Part shown: piece after piece, positions 37,528 through 46,308 of the stretch
Numbering within the stretch: position 1 is the stretch's first letter
How the letters are laid out: each line of letters starts with the position of its first letter
Source: a virus
IMG/VR virus record: IMGVR_UViG_3300036766_001793
Span: 32,001-96,000 of that record
Length of the DNA stretch: 64,000 bases
Reading direction: 5' to 3' (one strand)
Program-made: the position numbers and the translations under genes
Notes under the pieces: generated by a model
Database searches by the model: none
What the model saw: only the letters and a program-made list of their open reading frames with translations
What the model was told of the DNA's origin: nothing

Positions 37528-40055
37528 GGGGTCCTCCTGAGGACGCTGTTGAAGGCGAGGTCCCTCTCGCGCCCGGCGGCCTGGTCTGACATGTGGAGGT
37601 TGAGGCTCCACTCCACCTGGGAGCCGCCGGCCGCGGAGAGCCTCCTCTTGGCCTCCACCGACACGACCGCCGTCCGGCCGACGGACAGGGTGCCGCCGAG
37701 TCCGAACTCCACCGGCACAGCCGCCGCCGACGAGGACCTCCCACTCGCCTCCGCGAGGAGGACGCCGGACCGGAGGACCGAGGTCCTGTCGCCGAGCAGC
37801 CAGGCTATCGCCTCGCCGGTGATAGTGAACGCGCGCGGGTCTGCGGCGGCGGCCCCGAAGGCCCCGCCGGAGAAGGGGAAGAGCTGGATCCTCTTGGACC
37901 CCGCCGCGCCCACCGCGACAACCGTCCCGTTCGGGTGCCAGCCGGCGCCCCTGGCCGAGATAGGAGCGCCGCCGAGAGACGGGGCGACCACCAGGGCCCC
38001 GAACCCGGAGGCGTCGCTCCAGTGGAAGGTGAAGGTGTACGGTGAGTTCGCGTTGCTAGTGACCGTGATGTAGTCCTGCCCAGGCGCCCACGCGACGCCG
38101 TAGGCGTTCGGCACGGGGGACGGAGGCGAGGGCATCTTCACCGTGAAGCCGGTGACGTCGTTCCACCTGTAGACCTCTATGCCCGGGCTCGTGGCAATAG
38201 ATACAGCAACAAAATTACCATTTGGTGAGAAGGCCATCTTTTGTATGCCACCAAGCGGGGGGACTCCCGGCGCTGAATAAGCTGGACCGAACCCGCCTGC
38301 CCAGCGATAGGCTCTAAGCCACGGGGTGCCCTGTGTTGCCAAGGCCACAGCGTTCCCAGACGGCGCCCAGGCGACGTCGTACACAACAGAGTCCGGAAGG
38401 GGCGACGGATTAGCGTACTTAGTCCCGAAGCCACCGGCTCTCCCGGACCACACGTAGGCATGCAGGTAAGGGGAGAGCGTGGACCCGCAGACGATAACCA
38501 GCCCGTCAGGGGAGAACTTTACCCCCAGCACCGTGCTCCCCACCGGGGTGGCCTGGTCGGCGTACCTCTTCCCCCACCCGTTCTGCCATGCCCACGCTCT
38601 GAGAAACGGGGCGGAAGTGCCTCCCTCGGCGACGGCCAGCCTATCCTTCGCGACATCTAAGCTATACCCGGCAGACGGTTCATCGCCAGGGGGGAAGTCG
38701 GTGAAGGTCTTGAGGAAGGCGGGTCCGGCCACCGTGTATCCGATGAGCCCCGAGGAAACGGCCCCCGCCTCGAAGACGGCATCCGACAGCTGCTCCTTTG
38801 CTGCGAACGAGAGGACGGCCTGTATCCCAGTGTATAGACTCGGCGGATTCCGAAAGACGTTCCACAGCGGGAGGCCACCCACCATCGGAGAGACGGAGAC
38901 GGCTGCCATCGGCCAATCTACCACCGCTACTGCCTGGGACGGGGCAAATACATCGGTCTTATAGTCCCCATTCTGACCCAAGGACGAAAGAATGGAGAAG
39001 CCGTTAGCCTCGGCTACCTGGAGACCGATGAATGAGAGCATCCTGTCATTGTAGAACTTCGTCGTCGGGTAGACCGGCGCTGGAACTGAGCTGGTTAAGG
39101 CGGAGACACTAGAGAGAGTCGGAACGGCGGACAGGTACTCCCTGGCGTTCCGGTAAACCCTCAGGATGTAAGAGTGCTTGGAGGAGGCAGCTAGCGTAAA
39201 CACCCAGGACGAAGGCTCGCCAGAGAACTCCTTGCAAAGGACAGCCCCGTAGAAGCCCCCGGATGCCAGCGACCCCCGGACCTCCCAGCCTGACAATCCC
39301 CCGGACAGGACGGCCGCCGCGCTGCCGGCGAAGACGAAGAGGAACCCAACGTCCCCGTCCTGGGTGCCGGCTGGCTTCGTGACCGAGACCCCCACCCCGG
39401 TCGTGGACATCCCGTAAGAGGAGGCAACGTAGACCGGCTGGATGTGCCTCCCGGCCCCCTTGACGACCACGGCCGCGGCCGCAAAGTCCGAGGAGGACCT
39501 GGCCATTATGAGAGCCTGCGAATAGTTCATTCGGTCCCCCGCCCCGAAGGTCGACCAGTTAAGCGGGTTTGTCTGCCCCGGGACTGTGTCGAGGAGGTTG
39601 TTGGGCGAGATGCCCCCAATCACGAGGTCCCCCGCAACCGCTCCAGCCAGGCTGAAGACGATATCGGCTGCCGACGGGACACTGGACCCCTGATTGCCGG
39701 TGGAACCGAACGGGGTGCTCTGGTTCACGTCGGAGAGTATGTAGACGGCGACTAGTGGCTGCATGCTGCCGGAGCCGCCGCGCGAGATCACCAAGCTGGT
39801 CGCGATCGCGCTCGGGCTGGCCAACCCCCAGATCTCGACCCTCTTCCTGTAGGTCGCGTCGTAGATCTGGGTCCTGGACTCGAGCAGGGTGAGGCCGACC
39901 GAGTTCCAGGTCACCGCCGAGGAGAAGTTCGTCGCCCCGGCGCCCTCTACCCAGGACACGACCGCCACCATGGCGGCGTCCGCGAGGTCGGGATAGACCT
40001 CGGCCGCCACGGAGAGGCCGCTAAGGCTCACGAAGGCCCTCTCTACCTTGGCCAC
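37524..40055 (-). CDS. virion adhesin with C-terminal WD40-like beta-propeller
   Basis: repeated (F/W)SPxG...SPYLxxYxW...GFGxK blades. Confidence 0.75.
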   Translation of the reverse strand: MAKVERAFVSLSGLSVAAEVYPDLADAAMVAVVSWVEGAGATNFSSAVTWNSVGLTLLESRTQIYDATYRKRVEIWGLASPSAIATSLVISRGGSGSMQPLVAVYILSDVNQSTPFGSTGNQGSSVPSAADIVFSLAGAVAGDLVIGGISPNNLLDTVPGQTNPLNWSTFGAGDRMNYSQALIMARSSSDFAAAAVVVKGAGRHIQPVYVASSYGMSTTGVGVSVTKPAGTQDGDVGFLFVFAGSAAAVLSGGLSGWEVRGSLASGGFYGAVLCKEFSGEPSSWVFTLAASSKHSYILRVYRNAREYLSAVPTLSSVSALTSSVPAPVYPTTKFYNDRMLSFIGLQVAEANGFSILSSLGQNGDYKTDVFAPSQAVAVVDWPMAAVSVSPMVGGLPLWNVFRNPPSLYTGIQAVLSFAAKEQLSDAVFEAGAVSSGLIGYTVAGPAFLKTFTDFPPGDEPSAGYSLDVAKDRLAVAEGGTSAPFLRAWAWQNGWGKRYADQATPVGSTVLGVKFSPDGLVIVCGSTLSPYLHAYVWSGRAGGFGTKYANPSPLPDSVVYDVAWAPSGNAVALATQGTPWLRAYRWAGGFGPAYSAPGVPPLGGIQKMAFSPNGNFVAVSIATSPGIEVYRWNDVTGFTVKMPSPPSPVPNAYGVAWAPGQDYITVTSNANSPYTFTFHWSDASGFGALVVAPSLGGAPISARGAGWHPNGTVVAVGAAGSKRIQLFPFSGGAFGAAAADPRAFTITGEAIAWLLGDRTSVLRSGVLLAEASGRSSSAAAVPVEFGLGGTLSVGRTAVVSVEAKRRLSAAGGSQVEWSLNLHMSDQAAGRERDLAFNSVLRRTP

Positions 40056-40057
40056 GT

Positions 40058-40423
40058 CTAGGCGTCCAGCCGCCTGGCCGGCACGAGGACGAGCTTCCCT
40101 GACCCGGCGAGCCAGGTGTCCCCGTTGTTCTCCACCAGCTCGAGCTCCCAGTCGTACGAGCTGCCGCCAGGCCCGCCCCTGTCGACCGTGTCGGCCGGGG
40201 CGAAGTCTATCCTCATGACCCCGCCAGGCCCGTTCGTCACGACCAGGCCGGCCCCGACGGTCTTAGTGAGCCACGGCGTCTGCGGGCCGTCCACCCCGGT
40301 ATTGGGCTCGTAGGCGGCGAAGGTCATCTGGGCCCCCACGAGGCTAATCGGCTGCCTCGTCTGGTCCTTGATGGTGAAAACATGGCGAAATGTAGTCCCT
40401 TCCGGAAACCTAATAGCTGGCAT
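40058..40423 (-). CDS. BppU N-terminal-like Ig adaptor
   Basis: GTTF...FTI.D...ISL.G...GVMRIDF...DT...YDWELEL...SG. Confidence 0.7.
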   Translation of the reverse strand: MPAIRFPEGTTFRHVFTIKDQTRQPISLVGAQMTFAAYEPNTGVDGPQTPWLTKTVGAGLVVTNGPGGVMRIDFAPADTVDRGGPGGSSYDWELELVENNGDTWLAGSGKLVLVPARRLDA

Positions 40424-41087
40424 TTGCCCTACCTATCTTCAAAAGCTCGGCCTCTGTGAACCTCACTACCGGCAGGCCATGCTCCTCCAGCAGCCAGGCG
40501 TCTCTCGCGGCGTCCCTGGCCGGGTCGTGCCAGCGCAGGCCGTCGGCCTCGAAGGCCATGTGGACCTCAGGCACGTAGGCGTCGACGAAATACCTCCCGA
40601 ACCGCTCGCCGGTCCTGACCTCCTGGAACCCTGCCAGCAGCACTCCGACCAGTATCCTCTCTATCCGAGTCCCGCTCGTCCTAACCCCGCGAGGGCCGGA
40701 ACATGGGATGCAGGCGCACCCAGGGACTGTCCCGATATGCTTCTTCACCCCTGCGCTGATCCTGGCCTTTCGCTCTTCGGTCACCGAGACAGTCGGGCCC
40801 CTCAGGGACCTCCTCTTCTGCCCCACGGACCTAGCGGCCTCAGGGTTACATTCCATGCAGAAGGGATGAGCCTTCCCGCATGACTTCACAGTCACTAGGC
40901 CCCCACCCTCCAACTGAGCTTTAATCCGCTGGCTCATAGCTTGCCGGTGCTCCTCAGTCCGAACAGCCCCCTTGCCCCACTGATTCCCCTTGAACTTTAC
41001 AGCAGTAGCCGGGCTGCACTCGCGGCACCAGGGGTGGGCCTTCCCACAGGACTTGATCGAGAACTGGACAGGGAACAAAGGCACCAC
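40410..41087 (-). CDS. free-standing DUF559/Vsr-like homing endonuclease
   Basis: YFVDAY...AFEADG..WH...DAARD..L...G..VVRF; two SCGKAHPxCxEC repeats. Confidence 0.8.
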   Translation of the reverse strand: MVPLFPVQFSIKSCGKAHPWCRECSPATAVKFKGNQWGKGAVRTEEHRQAMSQRIKAQLEGGGLVTVKSCGKAHPFCMECNPEAARSVGQKRRSLRGPTVSVTEERKARISAGVKKHIGTVPGCACIPCSGPRGVRTSGTRIERILVGVLLAGFQEVRTGERFGRYFVDAYVPEVHMAFEADGLRWHDPARDAARDAWLLEEHGLPVVRFTEAELLKIGRANASY

Positions 41088-41135
41088 CTCTCAACCCATA
41101 CTGTAAGGCCCGGGCAGCCGGGCCAGGGGCCCTTC

Positions 41136-43196
41136 TCAGCCCCCGGAGCGGCCCCTCGCCACGACGAGCACCGCCCGCGCGGCCCTCACGACGACCAGGG
41201 TCCCGCGGCCGCCGATCCTCGTGTGGTCGGGCGGCTGCCGGCCGTCGCTGTGGGACCACTGCACCGCCCCCGCTGCCAGGACCCGCCTGAGCGCCTCCGC
41301 GACGAGGCCGGCGGCGGCCCCGGAAGCCGCCTCGCTGGACTCCCAGGCCGCCGCGGCGAGCGGCGCGAGGGCCCTGGCGGACTCGGCCTGCTGGGGGCCG
41401 GCCGGCGCGAGCCTCCTGATCCGCTCCGCCGGCTGCGCGGCCGCTGCGACGAGCGCCCTCTTCCACTCCGCCGGCAGCCCGCCCTGTACCGGGAGCAGCC
41501 TCAGGACGTCGACGTTGACGCGCCCCGTCTGCGAGACTATGGTGACCGTCTGGACCAGGTGCACCGCCTCCACCCCGGCGGTGCCCTGGATCCTGGTCTT
41601 GAGGAGGGCCTCGATGGCCTCAGCGGCGGCCCGCCTGACCGCGAGGACGAACTCCGCGCCGGCCGCCCCGCTCGCCCGGAGGAGGCGGGCAGACTCCGCC
41701 GGGGCGGCCGCCGACGAGCCCGACGGCGCCAGGAACTCCCACCACCCCTGGGCGGCGGCGGGGACCTGCCGCTTGGCCTCCAGCGGGAGGGCGGCATAGG
41801 CGCCCAACAGCCTGATGGACTCCCAGTCGATGGCCGCCGCCGCGATGATGGCCGAGGACACAGCCTGGGCGGACTCGACGAGGACGACGGCCTGCCGGAG
41901 GACCCCATTGCCGTGTGCCTCCAGCCGCAGGAGGGCCGCCTGGCCGAGCCGCTCGAGGGCCTCCAAGACGAATGGGGCCGCCGACGCCAAGAGGCCGACG
42001 GCCTCGACCTCCGCGTTGGCCGATCCCGGCTCGGCCGCCTCGTTGGCCTCGGCACCGGCCGCCGCCTGGGAGAGCGCGGTCGACTGGGCCTCGACGTACT
42101 GGACCTGGTCGGAGCTCGAGTGCCCGCGGGCCTCGACCGCCTCGGCCGACTGGCCCGAGGTGTAGCCAAGTGCCTCCAGCGGCTCCGCCGCGGAGTGGCC
42201 CACCCTCTCGTTAGATTCCAACGGCCCCTCGGCCGCTGAACCTGAGGCCTGCTGGGCCTCTATGCCACCATCGGCCTGCTGGGCGGAGGCCTCGTTCGAC
42301 TCCATGGGCCCTGGGACCGGCGAGCTGAGCCGGTTCCCGAACTCTACCGGCCCCTCCGATAGCGAGTCTACCGCCTGCCCGGCCTCCAGCGGCCCCTCGG
42401 CCTGGGAGCCCACCCCCAGCTGGGCCTCCAGCGGGACGGCAGCCTGGGCCGCGCCGGGCGCCTGGGCCTCCAGCGACCCGTCCGCCTGGGAGGAGATAGC
42501 CTCGTTGGACTCTGCGCCGGTCTCCGCCTGGAAGGAGGACAGGGCCTCCGACTCGAACGGCTCCACGGCCTGCGCCGCTGAGTAACCGGCCGACTCGAGC
42601 GCCCCCACCGCCTGGGACGCCGAGTGCCCCTCGGCTTCGACCTGGGCCTCAGCACCGCCTGGGCCAGCCTTTTCGTTCGACTCGACCGGCGCCTCCGCAA
42701 CCCCTGGCCCCGCGATCTCGTTGGACTCGAGGGACGCATCTGCCTGGGAGCCAGAGGACCCCTTGGCCTCGAGCGGGGTCTCCGCCTGGGCCGCGCGGGA
42801 CGCCATGGCCTCGAGCGAGGTGCCGGCGGGCGCGTTCACGCCGAGGTTGGATTCGAGCGCAGCCTCGGCGTCCCCCGGGCCCGCCGTCTCGTTGGCCTCC
42901 AGGGCCACCTGGGAGGGCGAGTCTACTGCCTGCCCGGCCTCCAGTGGCTCCGATGCCAGGGACCCGGTGGTCTGCCCGGCCTCCAGCGGCTCCGAGGCCG
43001 GCGAGCCGACTGCCTGCCCGGCCTCCAGCGGCGCCTGGGCAGTGGCGGAGGCGTCCTCGAGGAGCCTGTACAGCTGGGCGAGCTGCAGCCCGTCGCCGGT
43101 GCCGGCGAGGGACCCGTCCGGGACGGGCAGCAGCCGTGGCGCCGGCAGCCCCAGCCCGATGAGGGAGGACCTCCGGTCCCTCGTGTCTACGGCCAC
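41136..43196 (-). CDS. 14-aa-repeat fibre shaft/template protein B
   Basis: tandem xxAxxx(L/V)E(A/S)xxxxx repeats; 42-nt DNA repeats near 42930-43040. Confidence 0.75.
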   Translation of the reverse strand: MAVDTRDRRSSLIGLGLPAPRLLPVPDGSLAGTGDGLQLAQLYRLLEDASATAQAPLEAGQAVGSPASEPLEAGQTTGSLASEPLEAGQAVDSPSQVALEANETAGPGDAEAALESNLGVNAPAGTSLEAMASRAAQAETPLEAKGSSGSQADASLESNEIAGPGVAEAPVESNEKAGPGGAEAQVEAEGHSASQAVGALESAGYSAAQAVEPFESEALSSFQAETGAESNEAISSQADGSLEAQAPGAAQAAVPLEAQLGVGSQAEGPLEAGQAVDSLSEGPVEFGNRLSSPVPGPMESNEASAQQADGGIEAQQASGSAAEGPLESNERVGHSAAEPLEALGYTSGQSAEAVEARGHSSSDQVQYVEAQSTALSQAAAGAEANEAAEPGSANAEVEAVGLLASAAPFVLEALERLGQAALLRLEAHGNGVLRQAVVLVESAQAVSSAIIAAAAIDWESIRLLGAYAALPLEAKRQVPAAAQGWWEFLAPSGSSAAAPAESARLLRASGAAGAEFVLAVRRAAAEAIEALLKTRIQGTAGVEAVHLVQTVTIVSQTGRVNVDVLRLLPVQGGLPAEWKRALVAAAAQPAERIRRLAPAGPQQAESARALAPLAAAAWESSEAASGAAAGLVAEALRRVLAAGAVQWSHSDGRQPPDHTRIGGRGTLVVVRAARAVLVVARGRSGG

Positions 43197-43205
43197 GCGC
43201 CACCC

Positions 43206-46200
43206 CTACTCATCGAACGCCCTCACGACGAGCACACCGGAGCCGAGGCGGACGACCGTGAGCTGCCCCTCGACGACCCTCCGGACGACGAGGGTCCCGA
43301 CGGAGTTCGGCCCCGCCGGCTCGGGGAGGAAGTCTCCGAGGTCGCCGGACTCCCAGTTGACCGCGGCCGCCGGCGGCTGGGCGCGGCCTGGGGCCTCGAC
43401 GTTCTCAGTCGCGGCCCCCGGCCCGCCGCCGGCGAGGGATTCTGCGTTCGTCTGGGCCGTCCTCCTCGCGGCCCCGAGGTGCTCCACGTTGGTCGCGCCG
43501 GCAGACGAGGCCCTCCTGTGGGCCTCCCAGCCGGCCGTGGCGGCAGAGAGGACCCGGTTGGCCGCCTCCATCTGGGTCTGGGCCTGCCACGCGGCGGCGG
43601 CGATGGTTTCGTAGGCCTCCAGCGCCTGGCGGGCGGTGGCCCTGAGCGACTCGTACCCCACCGCCGCCGCGGCGGCCGCGGCGGCGATGGACTCGTAGCT
43701 GGCCGCGGACTGCGCTGACAGCCGGGAGCTGGACTCCACCAGCACCTTGGCCGGGGCGACGATCGAGGTGCTGACGATGACGTACGGGAACTCCCACGGG
43801 ACCTCCGCCTGGGCCCTTACCGAGACGAGGAACTCCCAGCCGGAGTCCTCGGGTCCACGGGCACTCTTGAGAGCCTCGACCGCCGCCTGCGCCTGGCCGC
43901 CGACCGTCCGGAGGGCCTCGAAGACCACGAGGAACGCCGCGCTGGCCTCGAGGTTGCTCTCGACGGCCGCCAAGGCCGCAGCGGAGACGGCGGTCCCCCA
44001 CTCGATGGGGGCGGTCTGGACGCCGAACACGAACCCGCGCGCCTCGAGGCTGGCCGCGCCCGCGGAGTTCCTGTACCCTGCGGCCTCCACCTGGGCGCTG
44101 GAGGTGTTCGCCCTCCTCTGGGTTCGCTCCCAGCTCACCGCAGCGGAGGCCCTCTCCGTCTGGAGGGCCTCGAGTGTGGCCTCGGCGGTCTGGATGACAA
44201 AACCCGGGGTCTCCTCGTACGGAATTTCCACCTGCGAGACGATGCCGATGTTGAACTCGTGAGGCTCCTCCGCCGCCCCGGGCCCGGCGGTGGCGAGGGA
44301 CTCTAGATTCCCCCCTGCGGTCTGGCCGGCGGCCGCCTTGGACTCCATCGGGGCCTCGGCATAGTTGTCCCTGAGGGCGGTGAGGACCTCGAGACCCACC
44401 TCGCTCTGCTGTTTGGCCCCGAGGCTGGACTCGAGGTTGACCTCCGCCGACTGCCCCTCGGGCCCCTCGTTCGCCTCGAGGCCGGCCGCGGCCTGCGAGG
44501 CCACCACCGCCTTGGACTCCATGGGCACGGAGGCGCCCGAGCTGGCACGCCCGGCCGCCTCAACCGGCGCCTCCGCCTGCCCGGCCCCCGCGGGCTCGTT
44601 CGACTCGAAGCCTGCCGCAGCCTCCGAGGCTACCGCCCTCTTGGACTCGACTGGGGCGCCGGCCTGGCCGGCCGCGCGGCCTACGGCCTCGACTGGCGCC
44701 GCCGCGCCGCCGGGCCCCGCGACCTCGTTGGACTCGAGGCCGACCGTGGCCTGGTTGCCGGGGAGCCCGCTCGCCTCGACGTTCCCCTCGGCCGCGGCGG
44801 ACGCGGCGCCCGTCGCCTCCACCTGCGCGGCCGCCTCCTGCTGAACGAAGTACCCGCGGTTCTCGAGGTTGACCGCCGCCTGGGAGCCCTCCACGGCGAG
44901 GAGCGACTCTGCCGGCACGGCGGCGGACGAGTACACAACGGCGGCCGACTCGAGGTTGAATCTCGGGCCGCGGCGCTCCCACTGGATCTTCGCCTTGGCC
45001 CTGGCCGCCGGGCCGACGGCCTCCCACGCCGCCTCCGCGGCCTGGCTGCGGCCCGAGGTCGCCTCGACGGGGGCCACGCCGACCTGGGCCTCGCCCTCCG
45101 TGGAGCGCTGCCACTCGAGGCTGGGCGCCGCCTGGACGGACAGGAAGAGCCCGCTCTCTGCGGGGGCGGCGGCGGCCGCGGCCACGTTCCTCCCGCTCCA
45201 GTCCCACTCGACAGGGACAGTCGCGGCGCCTGGCCCGGCAGGCGCGATGGACTCGAGGCCGAGCTCCCTGGCGGAGGAGGCCCCCACGAACGGCTGCGTC
45301 TCGACGGGGACGCTGGCCTGGGCGCCCGGCTGCCCGTCAGGGAAGCCGGCGGACTCGAGGGGGGCCTCCGCCGCCGAGGACACCAGGTATCCGCGGCCCT
45401 CCAGGTTGACCACCGCGCCGGACTCGACGAGCCGCTTGCTCTCGATCTGCGCGTGGGCCAGGAACGGGGCCAGGGCCTCGAGGCCGGCCTCCGCCGACGA
45501 GGCGGTCGTCGGACGGAGGGACTCGAGGCCGGCCGCCGCGGACTGGGAGGCCGCCGCCTTCCACTCGACCGGGGCGATGGCCTCGCCGGTGAGGAGGTAG
45601 ATCTCCACCGGTATCTCGGCCTGGGCCGCGGCGGCCGCTTCCGTGCGCTCCCACGGGAGGGAGGCCGCCGCGGACACGCCAGTGTTCTTCCACTCCAGCC
45701 GCATCTCCGCGGCGGAGACTATCTCGTAGACCTCGGAGAACTGGCGCAGCCACTCGAGGTTGGCGTCTGCCTGCCGGGTCGTGGCGAGCCTTCCCTCGAG
45801 GTTCGTCTCCGCGGTCTGCGAGACGGCCCGTTTCCACTCGATCGGGATCTGGCCGAGCCCGATGAGGGGAGACTCGAACGGGATCTCAGCCGTCGAGGAT
45901 ACTGACAGCTTGGATTCGAGATTGACCTCGACGGCCCTCTCGACGAGCCCCCTGGCCTCCAGATTGATGAGGGGCAGCTGCGCCTGCTGGGTGACAGACT
46001 TTGCGGATTCCACCGGCACCGAGCTGGACTGGCCAGCCGCTGCCTTGGACTCTAGGTTTACTGTGCCCTGGCGCTGTATGAGGCCCTTGGCCTCTATGTC
46101 GATGGGGGCCTGCTGGGTGACGGACTGTCCGCTGGACTCGAGGTTGACTGAGGCCGTCTGGCTGACCGGGGTCAGGGGCGAGACGAGGTCCGGCAGGGGC

Positions 46201-46301
46201 TCGCCGGCGCGCCAGGCCTCGAACCCGGACGTCCCGGACGTGCCGAGCCCTGGGTACGGCTGCCCGCCGCGGAAGTACTCGAAGCCCTTCGTGTCCGCCA
46301 C
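43206..46301 (-). CDS. 14-aa-repeat fibre shaft/template protein A
   Basis: e.g. QQAPIDIEAKGLIQ / RQGTVNLESKAAAG / QSSSVPVESAKSVT, repeated along about 950 aa. Confidence 0.75.
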   Translation of the reverse strand: MADTKGFEYFRGGQPYPGLGTSGTSGFEAWRAGEPLPDLVSPLTPVSQTASVNLESSGQSVTQQAPIDIEAKGLIQRQGTVNLESKAAAGQSSSVPVESAKSVTQQAQLPLINLEARGLVERAVEVNLESKLSVSSTAEIPFESPLIGLGQIPIEWKRAVSQTAETNLEGRLATTRQADANLEWLRQFSEVYEIVSAAEMRLEWKNTGVSAAASLPWERTEAAAAAQAEIPVEIYLLTGEAIAPVEWKAAASQSAAAGLESLRPTTASSAEAGLEALAPFLAHAQIESKRLVESGAVVNLEGRGYLVSSAAEAPLESAGFPDGQPGAQASVPVETQPFVGASSARELGLESIAPAGPGAATVPVEWDWSGRNVAAAAAAPAESGLFLSVQAAPSLEWQRSTEGEAQVGVAPVEATSGRSQAAEAAWEAVGPAARAKAKIQWERRGPRFNLESAAVVYSSAAVPAESLLAVEGSQAAVNLENRGYFVQQEAAAQVEATGAASAAAEGNVEASGLPGNQATVGLESNEVAGPGGAAAPVEAVGRAAGQAGAPVESKRAVASEAAAGFESNEPAGAGQAEAPVEAAGRASSGASVPMESKAVVASQAAAGLEANEGPEGQSAEVNLESSLGAKQQSEVGLEVLTALRDNYAEAPMESKAAAGQTAGGNLESLATAGPGAAEEPHEFNIGIVSQVEIPYEETPGFVIQTAEATLEALQTERASAAVSWERTQRRANTSSAQVEAAGYRNSAGAASLEARGFVFGVQTAPIEWGTAVSAAALAAVESNLEASAAFLVVFEALRTVGGQAQAAVEALKSARGPEDSGWEFLVSVRAQAEVPWEFPYVIVSTSIVAPAKVLVESSSRLSAQSAASYESIAAAAAAAAVGYESLRATARQALEAYETIAAAAWQAQTQMEAANRVLSAATAGWEAHRRASSAGATNVEHLGAARRTAQTNAESLAGGGPGAATENVEAPGRAQPPAAAVNWESGDLGDFLPEPAGPNSVGTLVVRRVVEGQLTVVRLGSGVLVVRAFDE

Positions 46302-46308
46302 GGCGGGC

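Noticed and set aside
41088-41138. UGA read-through fusing the repeat protein to the DUF559 nuclease
   Set aside because: It needs two consecutive read-throughs and makes little biological sense.
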